Shown piece after piece: positions 1 through 12,531 of a DNA stretch of 64,000 bases. The translations under genes and the position numbers were made by a program. The DNA comes from Nemertoderma westbladi (Eukaryota; Animalia; Xenacoelomorpha). The notes under the pieces are model-generated. The model searched no databases, was not told where the DNA came from, and saw only the letters and a list, made by a program, of their open reading frames with translations. Positions within the stretch are counted from its first letter, which is position 1, and every line of letters begins with the position of its first letter. The stretch is taken from contig JAUCBJ010006900.1 in NCBI GenBank assembly GCA_032718475.1, forward strand, positions 71,186 to 135,185. Direction: 5' to 3'.

Positions 1-79
1 TACAGCCATCGGCCGGAATGTAACCGAACAGATTGACTATCCATTAGAGAAAACTGTCTATTGGACCGACGCTTTACTC

Positions 80-2200
80 GTGTTAGAGTATATAACCAAT
101 GAAGTCTGTCAGTTCAGCGTCTTCGTTACCAACAGAGTAGCCATCATACTTAGTCGCACGACGATGGACCAATGGAGACATTGCCCCGGAACGATTAATC
201 CAGCAGACATCGCGTCCCGAGGAGCGACTCCAAAGGAATTGGTAAATACTCCTGAATGGTTAGGTGGACCCGACTTTCTCTACCGAGAAGAAGAAGAATG
301 GCCACCCCATCTCACAACAGCAGAGATCAGACAGGCCAAGGGAGCGGAGAAAGTTAAACCCAAAACTCGAGCGAGTAAATCGAAGTTGTTTAAACCTGCG
401 GTTGATCTATCTGTATTATTTACTTCCGGAGATGATGCTTTGGATCAGAAACCCACCGCCACGACTAAAGAAGTCTTGGAAATCCGTGACAAGGATTGGA
501 AATCTGGAATACCAGATATCTCGCAAGGACTCTCACCTCTCTTGCAGAGAGCGATACGTCACTACAGTTCCTGGAATCGGCTCTGTAAGGCTGTTACCTA
601 TTTGAAACGATGTTTTCATCATCGTTACTCCGGGACAAAGACTCATAGTGATGAGGCTCCATCAACATCTGCACGAGTCCATGTTATTAAAGATCTTCCT
701 AAATACAAGATACCCGACAGGTTTCTAAAGGAAAAGATCAGTTACCAGGAGCATGATGAAACCAACAAACAGATGCTGAGACTCCTACAATGCTATGAGG
801 ATTCCGATAAGTATTTCCTGTTGTTAAGAAATCCACAGATGCGCTTAAGGGATCGCTTCTCTAGTACCATGATAGATGGGTTAATACGTGTTGGAGGTAG
901 GCTGACCAACGCCCCATTATCCTTTGACACTAAGTTTCCCATACTCATTAGAAATCTTGATATACAAATCAAGATGATTGTGGATGTTCATAGCAAACTG
1001 TACCATGCTGGAAGAGAACGAGTTCTGAGCGAAATTCGAACTCGCTACTATTTTTATAAACCTCGTAGGGCTCTGAACCAAGTTCTTAGGAATTGTATAC
1101 CCTGTAGGAAAGCATTCAGTAGGCCTTTAACGCAGCGAGAGGCAGAATTACCTAGGGAAAGAGTAAGCTTCTATGAACCACCCTTTACTAATACCGGTGT
1201 GGATTTATTTGGCCCTATTGAAGTATATCGTGCCCGGACTATAGTCAAGAGATGGTGTGTCATCTTCGTTTGTATGACTTGTAGAGCTATCCATCTCGAT
1301 ATGGTAAACGATCTATCCACCAACAGCTTCGTGTTGAGTTTACGACGACAGATTGCTCGCTTCGGAACCAGTAACACGATGAGATCGGATAAGGGAACGA
1401 ACTTCATTGGCGCCAACAACGAAATTCAAGCTTACGTAAAGGACTGGAACAAAAGACAGGTGGACGATCAGCTAAGGATAACAGCGTCTAGCTGGACCTT
1501 CAACGCCGCCGACGCCCCTTGGTGGGGAGGAAGTTGGGAGAGATTGATCAGGAGCGTGAAGACTGCGTTCCACTTTATTGTGCCTTGTCGCGCTTATCTC
1601 ACCGACGAACTATTGCGGACGTTAATGGAGGAAATCGCCGCCTATCTCAACGAAAGACCGCTTATGCCAGTCTCTTCAAATCCTGATTCCCTGGAAGCGC
1701 TAACACCCGCGCACTTTCTACTGAAGAAGCCCGTAGCCATGCTCCCACGATCGGAGATCACCGACGGAGACGAGTACTGCCGTCGAACCTGGCAACTTAT
1801 GCAGTTGCTATCCCGTCGTTTCGCTGACCATTTCGAGAAACATTACCTGCCCACTCTACAACTTCGAACTAAGTGGTTTGCGCAGCAAGAAAACGTCAGC
1901 GCTGGAGACATGGTGCTTATTGTGGACCCCGATCTCCCACGTAAGCGATGGCAAACAGGACGTATCATCGAGACTTATATCTCGAGCGATGGTTTGGTGC
2001 GATCAGTAGAGCTCGTCGTCATGCGGCGGAACTTTAAGAAACCAGGGATAGTCTTTGAGACTCAACAGCTCAATCGCCCAGTGGGACGTTTATGTTTACT
2101 GGAAAGAGACAGAGAGCTCTCCGGAAACTATGGAAGGCAAGAAACTCTTCCCACGACCACTTCCCTAATCCAACCGACATCTAGGGACTCCCCAACTTAA
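80..2200 (+). CDS. BEL/Pao pol C-terminus (end of RNase H, HHCC zinc finger, integrase core, C-terminal domain)
   Basis: WRHCPGTINPADIASRG; H-x4-H...CIPC; GVDLFGP, SDKGTNF, WWGGSWERLI; RWQTGRIIETY..DGLVRSV. The frame is open upstream of the window start. Confidence 0.93.
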   Translation: MLEYITNEVCQFSVFVTNRVAIILSRTTMDQWRHCPGTINPADIASRGATPKELVNTPEWLGGPDFLYREEEEWPPHLTTAEIRQAKGAEKVKPKTRASKSKLFKPAVDLSVLFTSGDDALDQKPTATTKEVLEIRDKDWKSGIPDISQGLSPLLQRAIRHYSSWNRLCKAVTYLKRCFHHRYSGTKTHSDEAPSTSARVHVIKDLPKYKIPDRFLKEKISYQEHDETNKQMLRLLQCYEDSDKYFLLLRNPQMRLRDRFSSTMIDGLIRVGGRLTNAPLSFDTKFPILIRNLDIQIKMIVDVHSKLYHAGRERVLSEIRTRYYFYKPRRALNQVLRNCIPCRKAFSRPLTQREAELPRERVSFYEPPFTNTGVDLFGPIEVYRARTIVKRWCVIFVCMTCRAIHLDMVNDLSTNSFVLSLRRQIARFGTSNTMRSDKGTNFIGANNEIQAYVKDWNKRQVDDQLRITASSWTFNAADAPWWGGSWERLIRSVKTAFHFIVPCRAYLTDELLRTLMEEIAAYLNERPLMPVSSNPDSLEALTPAHFLLKKPVAMLPRSEITDGDEYCRRTWQLMQLLSRRFADHFEKHYLPTLQLRTKWFAQQENVSAGDMVLIVDPDLPRKRWQTGRIIETYISSDGLVRSVELVVMRRNFKKPGIVFETQQLNRPVGRLCLLERDRELSGNYGRQETLPTTTSLIQPTSRDSPT

Positions 2201-3852
2201 TATCGTTCGGAGTGGGCGTGTGACTCTATTATTTTATATTATTTTTATCATTTTATATTTATGTATGTATTACTATGTAATTTTATTATAATCGTTTTAT
2301 TTAATTTAGTAGAATATTATTTTGGCGATTATTTTGTAGAATAGTGCAATATATTCGTGTTTATTACGTACGTAATTACTTATATTATATTTAGTGAGAC
2401 GGCGAAGAAATAATTATTTTTTCTCTTTCCTTACTGTCCGTATTATATTATAAATACGTAACTACAGTAAGATGAAATGTCTGTACTTATTAAAGTACAA
2501 TAAAGCCACTACTATATTTAAGTATTATTGGTAGGCAGAGTATTAGGAATGCAAAGTTCAGATCCTCGTGTCTCGGCTAAACCAAGCTCTGGGTAGACCT
2601 TGGAAACGACTTGCCTCTTCACACTGACATTGCTTCGTGCGATATTGCTCTCATACCGTATATTAAATAATACATATAGTAGCGTGATGTCCCTTTAACA
2701 GTAGCGTATAACGCAAAATAAATCTGTTAAACCCTTTGACCATCTGTAATTCTAGTCGATTAAGATATCGTGGCACCCACCGATATACTTGAAAGACAAA
2801 TTATAGAATCAGTGGTTAACGTCCCCAGACAAGTTCTGGAATAAATCGGTGCCCATCTCAAATATTAATTAGTTAATATTTACAAATCAAATAAGTCAAA
2901 ATCTGTAAAATTCAGATCCTTCAACAATTTTAGTCAATTAAGATATCGTAGCATTTACCGATATTCTTAAAGAGACCATTTTCTTAGAATTAAGGATCTT
3001 GTGTCCCTAGACAAGTTCTAGAATCAAAATATGCCCATTTAATTATCAAATAATAAAATTTCAGGGAATAAATTTAAATTCATGTCTTTTAATGAATTTA
3101 ATAAATTGCTATTTTACGCAATTTATAACATTCCCAAAATTCCATTAATTAATAGATCAAGGGAGCGGAGATTTATATTATTATGCGTATGCGTGTACGA
3201 AAGTCTCCCAAACATAGTTAATAGCCGATAAAATTCGTAAAGTCATGTATAAACAGGACATTGACTATTAAAGAATCACTATTAAATAGCATCCCAGATC
3301 TGTATGCATTGGAATCACCCTAATTCTACCGCTAGCTTTACATAATGTCACCATAGCAACAACCACGCTAGAATTAGAATTGAGTTAAAAGAACAATAGA
3401 AAGCTTGTCCCATTGAATAGCATAGGGAATAAATAGTGCACTGATAGTATCCAAGGATACATAATAATACAGTGACATTCTGGAAGGCATTGACTAACGG
3501 ACAAGTGACCCGAGTGTGTGTAATTTGTGACAAGTTGTGTGTGTGGTACTTGTGAGTTTATAGGCGAATGTTACTACTAAGGTGTGTTTACAGTAGCCAG
3601 TCGCAATCGTAAAGTAACCTAACTCTCCAAGGAAAACCTGAAGTACATCTAAGCCTTTGGGACGGACAGTTGAGTGACTTGTGCCGGTTGTCGTTGTCGT
3701 TGTGCGGCTACGTCGTTGGCGAAAGTACAGCGGCGACGACACATCGGCGCTGAGGATCTCGTACTGTCCGGGGGTTGATTGGGGTAGGCAGCGACGCCCG
3801 CTCGCCTAAATGTGGACTCATTATAATATGGATAAACTCATATATAGCAGAT

Positions 3853-4156
3853 ATGACGGAGTTGATAGAAGATGGTCTTGGTATCGGGGAGCGATATACT
3901 CTACTTTTACAAGCGTTTGTTGATAACTTAATACGCGGCGACGTTAGTCCAACTGCTGCGGAGGACGATGGTCGTTATATCGAACCGCCAATGTCCCAAG
4001 AGCAGCTCGCGCGAGTTGGACTATAGAAAATTCGCTGCTCGATATACGCGGCGTAATGGTACGTATATGGGCTTCTTAACTACTGGTCATCCTATCGATT
4101 TACACAATACAGACTATGTCGACTATATATCCTGCCCAGCGGAGTCGGAACCATAA
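3853..4156 (+). pseudogene. Remnant N-terminus of the BEL accessory ORF in element A
   Basis: MTELIEDGLG... and KFAARYTRRNGTYMGFLTTGHP, split by a frameshift; homologous to 57418-57795. Confidence 0.65.
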
Positions 4157-5215
4157 ACTGAAATTCGAATGCGAAAATTATATTCGAAATTGACTCGAAA
4201 GAAAAGACACTAAAGAAACAAATGGACGCGGTAACTCCAACGTATATTTGGAATTCTTGATAGAAGCATTGTAACAACAAATAAATATCACCCGCGTTTA
4301 CCCTACCAGACGTGCGTCTTTGGTATTATTACGATAAATGCCCTAGACTCAACTAATAAACGGAAAGACATAAACATCCACGTAAACCGAAACTTGTTGA
4401 CGTATCACCTATGCTCACTCGGCTCGAACGATCCTGGAGTAAACCTACGATCAGAGTCCCGGAATACTCGGTCAAACCTCCTCATTCCTTAGTTGGACCT
4501 CAGACCTGCGATCCTGGTGGTGTCGCGGAACCTCGCAGACTGTATTCACTGTTCAAAGATCTAGTGCTACCCTAACAATTAATCGGTAACACTCCGACAG
4601 TGATTTCTAGCTAGCCGCCCATCTTACCTAGCCGGATTGTGACGCGGACACCTAATATCACTATCCAACCGTATGGTCGTTCCCGTTTAACGCGATACAA
4701 CCCCTCATCAAGGTGAAGGAGAGCGTTGTACGAAACGAGTTAAACGCTATTCTATAAAGATCAAAAAAGAAACCTGCGTTTGTTCATATAAACGTAAGTT
4801 ATAACAGTAAGTCCAATCGATAAACGAATTGGCCTTATCTCAATTCGATTGGGAAATCCAGAATCTCTAAGAAGTTATCGAACTTGGACGATCCTATTCT
4901 CTGCGAGAGTTTTTGGATGAACGTATCCAGCTACGAGCGGAGGAAAATCAGCTCGAGGAGAAGCATATCGAAACGGCAGATACCTCGACCATAATCCTAC
5001 ACCTTCTGATGCAATCATATTGCACCCTTCACCCAGGAGTTATGGCCCTCCTAGTAAAGTGGCTTCCCCCCAAAGAGAAAAGGACTCTTGCTAGCCTCAA
5101 GAAACTGCGTAAACGCCGTCCGCGCAAGAAAGACTAACTGTTTAGAGTATTTTTATATTTTAGAAACTGTGATTTGTTATATTTTATAGACTTAAATCCC
5201 ATTTTCTGGGAGCGG

Positions 5216-6407
5216 TGTAAAAGCTTTTGTGGGATAACTGATTCGTTTGCCTTGTTGGCCAGTTCCCCCCCAGTCGCTAAGAATACTCTCAAAGTGATCT
5301 ATAGTTAAAAATAGTGCAAGTTACCAGCTTATTGGCTGATTTGCTGTACGCAGGCATCTGGGCTCTGTTTAATCGGCCAACAAGCCTAGGGAGGTTGCGT
5401 CATAGCCTTGTTTTTGTATCTCCCAATAGAATTTGAGTTAGCCTTGATTTTGACCTATCACAGAGCTGCTGAACTGAAAATTTCCTATCTCACTGCTCTT
5501 TCTCTGTGTTGAACGGGAGCTTCGTGGAATAAGGGAGTTGGTATCCTCGTATAGAGCAGTAGTCACGAGTTTTTCAAAGCCACGAAAGAACGGCTTTTTA
5601 GAGTTTTATGTTTTCTGCTTTTTAGCGCAACACTAGTAGGTTTAATTATAAGGACATATATCCTTTAACTGCACCTCGCATTTAACTCGCATTTGACACA
5701 CCGTAGTCACGGCCTTTAATAACTGGCTTTGTGAATACTGCATACTGCTATTTGTTGTCGGTTATTCATTATATTTGTTGATGAATTATTATATTGGAAT
5801 AACGAGAAATAACCCCGACACCCAATATTCTTGATATACCGAAGGTAAGAGAGAAAGGTTACAGATAAACGATTGTGACTTATGTTAAAGTGGTTTGAAG
5901 TGAATCTAATGTTATTTGATAGACCCTACATGAGTCAGTCTGTGTTCCTTTTATATGTGACTAAAATCAGTGAAGATCGGCAGATTAGTGTGCAGTATTG
6001 TGCAGCATTGTGTATGAGTGAGTCTGTTAAAGAAGCATTCCTAAAGAATGCGCCATATATGTGAATTATAATTAAGCCATATCGTTGTGAGTAGTTTAAG
6101 TCATAACTCTGTTTATGTAGATAAAGCGCCACGTCCTAAAGGAACTGTTAATATTACCGAAGGTGAATAATATTGTCAGAGATTATATAATACTGTCAGT
6201 CGAATAATACATTAGGCTTACATAGCAATAAAATTAAACCGTCGAACCCAATCTCCCGGGAATATCCAGCGGGTGAATGGTCGCGCACGGATTGGTTTCG
6301 ACTAGTGTAGTGAATCAAATACTTGTCATAGGCTAAAAAGCGATTTAATATCTAGAAGACATCTTAATTTGGCGGGTTAAACTGCCAAAGGTCTGAAAGC
6401 GCGAACA
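5216..6407 (+). repeat. 3' LTR of element A
   Basis: TG...CA ends; follows the purine tract; its 3' half aligns with the B LTRs. Confidence 0.85.
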
Positions 6408-6594
6408 CTACTCTCTGCCACTCCCTAAGGCCCTAATCTCTAATGCTACCCCTGTGCTATCATGCTATCTAACTCTCGCGTTGAAATAAGTAGGGCACGG
6501 GTGTGATGACGTGTTTGATGTAAGAGCAGGGTATGTTAATTAGGGTGGGTGCCGGGCATGAGAGGTGCCGGGCACAAGAAGTTAGCAGAGTAGA

Positions 6595-7275
6595 TGTAGT
6601 AGTAGAGTGGTTGTGGGCACTGCAAGCACCACGTAGATGGAGGTAGTAGAGTTAGTAAGAGTTAGTAGAGAGTTAGTAGAGTTAGTAAGAGTTAGTAGTA
6701 GTTCATATAATTAACATACCCACTTTGCCGGCACTCAGAGCGTCACGTGCAGGCGAGGAGACGTAGAGGAGATAAGATGTAGATAGAGTAGAGGGAGTAG
6801 ATGTAGAGGAAGTAGATAGAGGCGGGAGAGATGCGTGATGAAGGGGTGGCCCATAAGTTATTGAGTGGTCCGGTGGGTTGGACGGAAAGGGTACGGATGT
6901 GCTGAGGTGTACGCATAGGTGTAGGAGTACCTCGTATGGAGTATGAGAAGTATGAGCACCTTTGATGGCACTGAGGGCGCCACGTATGGAATTGAGGGGA
7001 GCATGTATACATAGCCATAGTTGAGGGTGCCAGGTAGAGTAGTATAGGCGGGCACATAGGGTGCCAGGTAGTAAGAGTAGTAGAGACGGGCACATAGGGT
7101 GCCAGGTAGTAGAGTTAGAGAGTTAGAAGTAGCAGAGTGGTTGTGGGCACCGCAAGCGCCACGTAGATGGAGGTAGTAAGCAGAGTGGTTGTGGGCACCA
7201 CAAGTGCCACGTAGAGGGAGGTAGTAAGCAGAGTGGTTGTGGGCACCGCAAGCGCCACGTAGATAGAGGTCGTAG
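6595..7275 (+). repeat. 48-bp minisatellite (GCAGAGTGGTTGTGGGCACCGCAAGCGCCACGTAGATGGAGGTAGTAA-like) and associated repeats
   Basis: Three copies at ~7130-7270 and one at ~6600-6650. Confidence 0.75.
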
Positions 7276-7399
7276 CAGAGTTAGAGGTAGTAGAGTAGTA
7301 GAGAGGGCACAAAGTGAGGGGGGGGGGGGGGTATGTACGCATGCTATTCCCAAGGAGTAAGGAAAGTGCGAAACCTGTGGGCGCTGAGGGCATCACGTA

Positions 7400-8668
7400 G
7401 TGAGTAGTAAGAGGGTACGTAGTACCGTTAGTTAGAGGTAGTAGTAGAGTTGGAGAGTTCTAGTAGAGTTAGTAGAGTTAGTAGAGGTAGAGAGTCAGTA
7501 GAGAGTCAGTAGAGTTAGTAGAGGTAGAGAGTCAGTAGAGTTAGTAGAGGTAGAGAGTCTGTAGAGTTAGAGAGTTAGAGAGATAGAGAGTTAGTAGGGT
7601 TAGTAGAGGTAGAGAGTAAGTGGAGTTAGAGAGTTAGTAAAGGTAGAGAGTCAGTAGAGTTAGAGAGTCAGTAGAATTAGAGAGTCAGTAGAGCCAGGGA
7701 GTTAGTAGAGCTAGTGGAGTCAGTAGAGTTAGCAGTAAGAGAGTAGAGACCATAGAAGTAGCAGCTAGAAAGATAAATAGGGTAATAGCACAAATTAAAA
7801 TAAAAGTTAAGAATATCAGGATCACCTCCGAACTACAGAAGGGCCTTCTAGGTGGCCTTCAAAGGTCTGGTAGACCACCCGGGGCTGGAGGGCGAGTCGG
7901 TGTAATACAACAGGTGGCATCTAGTAGACAGGGAGGTGGATACACATCTCAACATTCCTCAGAGGTGGGAGAAGCCGGAAGCAGATAGACTTGAGGGGAA
8001 GCGACTGGAAGAAGTCGCCAGGCGAGAAAGGCGGAGAGAGAGTAGTGAATAGTAGGAATGAAACGCGTTATGAAGACGAGCTTATAATATAATATATATA
8101 ATAACAATAATTATAATCTTATAATAATTATATAATAATTCGTATATATATTATACAGTATGTACCGTAGTCAAGCACAACCTTTTTCCAATTAGCTACT
8201 GCGACTGGGGACTAATTGACTAGGGCGACAGGAAGGGACTTAGACGGCTCCCAGTAACATGTGCGTACATGCGTGGGACCCGATAAGTGCGTGGTCATTA
8301 AACAACAGGGCGGAGTTCAGGATTTATTGTGAAAGCTCGTATCCTGCGGGATAAGAATCGTGCAGATGGGCACTACCGGGATACGAGTAGGAGGGGCACT
8401 TGGTGGAACCACAGGCGTGGAGAGTGAGGAGTATGAGAGGAGTATGAGAGAAGTATGAGAGGAGTATGAGAGGAATGTGAGAAGAGTATGGGAGGAGAAC
8501 GCAAGAGAGATAGCGAGAGGTGGTGTGGAGATAGCGCGAAGAGAGTGCGGGTGCAATTCAAGTGTGGGGGGGGGGGGGGAAGCAAGAGGCGGAGTGAGGG
8601 ACGAGGAGGTCCGAGAGTATGGAAGAGTTAGGGTGTAAGTGGAGCGGAGTTAGCGGTGAAAGTGTTGG
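7400..8668 (+). mobile_element. Decayed, internally deleted relic of the C-family BEL 3' region
   Basis: 7402-7435 matches the C tandem unit; 7820-8030 matches 36502-36710; 8178-8230 matches 38275-38325; 8540-8668 matches 38452-38604. Includes (AGAGTTAGT)n and (GGAGTATGAGA)n simple repeats. Confidence 0.8.
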
Positions 8669-8820
8669 CTCTCAGTGTCTGGCTGAGTTTATCAGCTCTC
8701 ATATTTCTATTTACATTACCTTATATAACCCTGGCATTAAATTTACAGTGCGGCAAAACACATATAGGCCTATTAGTGTTAGTAACAATTTGAGACGATA
8801 TATTTGGGCGACTCTGGATA

Positions 8821-11790
8821 ATGTCGCAGGGCTCCCAGCGTTGCTGCCAGTGTGTGGTCCGGGCGTGTGGCCAATCGAGTCGCTGTGGATGTGTTCGGAA
8901 GGGGACGGCCTGTACCAGCTGCACCGCGATGTCCACCGGCGGTTGTCTGAACCCGCATTCAAACTCAACAGCCACAATTTCGGCCAGCACAATGGTGACT
9001 GGTTTCCCAGATGGTGACTCCGACTCCGACACGGATTCCTCGTCGAGCGTGGTCACCCAGGTCCCTCGTCCTCGCACGCCGGGGTTAGACTTGAGCCTGC
9101 CATCTCTTCCTGACATCTCTCGGAGTTCATCATTGGGCGATGTTGGGTCTTCTCCTTCACCTATTGGTATTTCAACTAAAGAGCGATTGGAAACCGCTTT
9201 CGGTGGCCCTTGGCTGAACTCTCCAGGGTCTTCTGCGAATTCGGAATGGGAGACTCGCTTCTCTCGCCTTACCTGCTTACCTGGTCGCCTGTACACCGTG
9301 CCGGGCGGCAATGTAGGACGTAAGGTGGCTGATATTATCGCCCAGGAGTTGGAGTTGCTGACTGAGGGGGTCTATCCCTCGGAACGGCCCCTCAGCTTTA
9401 TCGCCACTGTTTTCCACCGGGATCCCGACGTTAAAAAGTCAGCGGATATTCGGCGCACTATATTGCGCAGGGTCGGTATGTGGCAACGGGAGGAGTATCA
9501 ACAGCTGGTGGTGGAGGCTGAACGTTGCAGCTTAAAGTTCGCCAAATCCAGCGGTTTGCGCCAGGTTAACCCTACCCGAGCTTATAATAGGAAGATTCTG
9601 GCGGGACAGAACAGGGCGGCTGTCAGACTCGTTACGGACAGGGACAGTGGTGGGATCTTGGACCCCGATGCCCAGGCCGAGGGACGACTACCGGGAGTTA
9701 CTGTTCGCGATGTCCTCGCCGAAAAACATCCCCCTCAGATGGATGTCTCTCCGGATGCTTTTGAGTCCTGCGATGTGTTGCCTGCCTTCGAGGATGTTGA
9801 CATCACAGGTCAAACCGTCCTCAAGGTTACCCGCGCGCTACGGGGTGGAGCCGGTCCGATCGGTGGCGATGCCGAATTGTGGAGCGCCCTCCTCACCCGC
9901 TATGAGGCGCACAGCTCCCGCCTCCGTGAGGCCGTCGCCGGGTTGGCTCGTCGCCTCGCCAACTCGGTGGTACCTTGGCACGAGATCCGCGCTCTCCGGG
10001 CCTGCCGCCTCGTAGCGGTGGATAAGGAACCCGGCGTCCGTCCTATCGGTATCGGCGAGGTTCTGTACCGTCTCCTCACGAATTGCCTTACGTCGGTCAC
10101 CAAGACGGACTTCATAATGGAGTGTGGGGCGGACCAGCTCTGTGCGGGAGTTAAGGCGGGCATCGAAGGCGCTGTCCACGCGATGTCTACATTGTACGAT
10201 GAAGACTCCACCCAGTGCATGCTCCTCGTCGACGCCGCAAATGCGTTCAACAGCATTAGCCGCCCGGTAGCCTTGTGGAACGCGCGCATGTACTGGCACC
10301 GGTGTTCCCGGTTCTTGTACAATGCGTACAACGGTCACGCGGCCCTCTATCTCCAGGGATCCAGTAAGCCGCTGTGGAGCAGGGAGGGGTACACCCAGGG
10401 CGACCCGGCAGCCATGCTTGGGTATGGCTGTGGGACCCTTCCCTTGATTCGGTCATTGCGGGATGTTCATCCTCGTCCGACACATCCCACTGACCCGCCG
10501 TCGACTTTACCCGCTGACCCACCGTCGGCTCCACCCGCAGACTCACCGTCGACTCAACCCACCGAGACCGACTCACTGTCGACTCCACCCGCTGACCCAC
10601 CATCGACTCAACCCGCCAAGTCCGATCCACTGTCGACTCCACCCGCTGACCCACCGTCAACACAACCCGCCGAGTCCGTCCCACTGTTGACTCCACCCGC
10701 TGTCCCTCCGTCGACTCAACCCGCCGAGTCCGACCCAATGCTGACTCAACCAGCTGACGCGCCATCGACTCAACCCACTGACCCGCCGTCGACTCTACCA
10801 GCCGATCCGTTGTCGACTCAACCCGCCGACTTGCCGTTGACTCTACCATCCGACTCACCATCGACATCCAACCGCAGACCCGCCTTTGCCTCCACCCGGC
10901 ACCTTGCCGTCGACTCCACCCGCTGATCCACCATTGACTCAACCCGTGGACCCGCCGTTGAGTGAACCTGGCAGCCCAACTGTCTCACAGAGGCAGTGTT
11001 GGTATGCCGATGATGCCTCCTCGGCAGGTTCACTCGAGGGGGTGATGGCTTGGTGGGAGGAGCTGCTTCGTGTCGGACCCCGAATCGGTTATAACCCGGA
11101 GCCCACCAAGTCCTACTTGGAGGTCAAACCTGGGGTTGCGGAGCGAGCACAGCAGATGTTTGGGGCCTCGGGGGTCCAGATTGTTTCCGGGCACTGATTC
11201 CTGGGGGGTTATGTGGGCGACTCACTGGGTTTGCGCGAGTTTATCACCGAGAAGGTTTCCGGGTGGGTCTGGAGTATTGGTCGACTCGCCGAGGTGGCCG
11301 AGGAGTTCCCCCAGACCGCCCACACTGGGTTGACCCGCTGTGTTCAGGCAGAGTGGGATTACCTGTTGCGGGTGGTGGACACAGAGGTTAGAGGATGTGG
11401 CGCCCATCCGTTCGGCACTGTTGCGCCAGTTTATCCCGGCTCTGTTTGGTTTGCCTGGGTCTGTCGACGAGGAGTTGCTCCTCCTCCCAGTTCGACATGG
11501 CGGCATTGGGATCCGTGATCCGATGGTGCGCCGTGGCCCCGCCCGTGAGGCGTCTCTCGCTGGAACGGTCGGGGTGGTTGATGCCATGACTACGGGTCGC
11601 CCCCTCCATGTCGCGGACCACGCAGCCTGTCTCGCCTCCGCCCTCGCCGAGAGCCGGATCACTCAGGATGCGGCCTACAAGGTGATACAGACGAACGCAC
11701 TCCAAGCCATTCCCTCGGAACGACGACGCACCGTCGAACGTACGATGTCCCATAAGACTGGGGGATGGTTGACGGCGCAGACCTTCCTGA
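8821..11790 (+). pseudogene. Non-LTR RT polyprotein, frameshifted (ORFs 8821-10926, 10886-11197, 11213-11518, 11340-)
   Basis: Cys-rich N-terminus; RT motifs spread over several frames; YADD at 11003-11014. Confidence 0.85.
10488..10965 (+). repeat. 24-bp (PADPPSTQ-coding) minisatellite with a 60-bp higher-order repeat inside the RT
   Basis: Repeated CCCGCTGACCCACCGTCGACTCAA-like units. Confidence 0.9.
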
Positions 11791-12234
11791 TCGGTACTGA
11801 TCCCTTGCCTCTGAGCTCCAACATATCCTTCTGGTGCTTTGGTGGTAGGCCCGATGATATTTGTGTGGTGGCGGAATTAACTTTGTTATTTTTGGTGCAC
11901 ATCTTTTTAATTTATGATTTAAGATTATTATACTATATATTTATTTACCTTTTTATAACTTTTACCAGAACAAAACTTTCGCCAGATTCATCGCGATATA
12001 CAAAATCTCTTTCCTCAAAAAAATCTAACTTCAAAAAACGGGCAGGTTGAAGGCCTATCCATATATTTTTAGTCTAACAAAATGTATATTTAATAAATGA
12101 AATTGTTTTTCTACTTTATCCATTTTTTCGAAATATTAATTAAGGGGGAGGGGGTGGGGTAGTTACTATTACAGTAATATGTATAATGAAAGGGGATAGT
12201 AGGCCTACTCAACAAATGGAACGAAAGTGTGGCT

Positions 12235-12531
12235 AACTGGACCGAACTGGACAACCAAATGAAAGATAATCTAAAAACAACCATCCATGCAGACCGGTGA
12301 AAATTAATATTGAATTTAATTTGGTCTTTTTATACATTGTAAATTTAGGTGCATATAAGATGTCGCTAAAAAAAACTGCTGTACTGCTTTTGCCAGGCCT
12401 ACTGGTGGCATATTTCTGGGTTTATAGATTGCAGTATTTTGCGTACCGGTAGTTGTTTCACCGGTCTGCATGGATGGTTGTTTTTAGATTATCTTTCATG
12501 TGACACTCCAGTTCGATCCAGTTCGGTCCAG
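12235..12531. mobile_element. Small MITE-like inverted-repeat element
   Basis: ATGAAAGATAATCTAAAAACAACCATCCATGCAGACCGGTGAAA is matched by its reverse complement at 12456-12499; outer CTGGACCGAACTGGA / TCCAGTTCGGTCCAG. Confidence 0.7.

Larger units (their letters stand above)
1..6407 (+). mobile_element. BEL/Pao LTR retrotransposon A (3' half; 5' part lies outside the window)
   Basis: Pao-type RNase H end and integrase, then 3' region, purine-rich tract CTGGGAGCGG, and LTR TGTAAA...GCGAACA. Closely related to element B at 53566-62759. Confidence 0.93.
8669..11900 (+). mobile_element. CRE-like non-LTR retrotransposon, degenerate; no endonuclease visible
   Basis: Starts where homology to the C relic stops. 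RT motifs RPIGIGEVLYRL, DQLCAGVKAGIEGAVH, LVDAANAFNS, QGDP and WYADD. The 3' boundary is approximate. Confidence 0.75.

Noticed and set aside
6640-7735. Telomeric repeat tract
   Set aside because: Units are AGAGTTAGT-like rather than TTAGG or TTAGGG, and they are flanked by C-family homology.
6703-8585. S/T/L-rich minus-strand ORFs
   Set aside because: They are translations of simple and tandem repeats.
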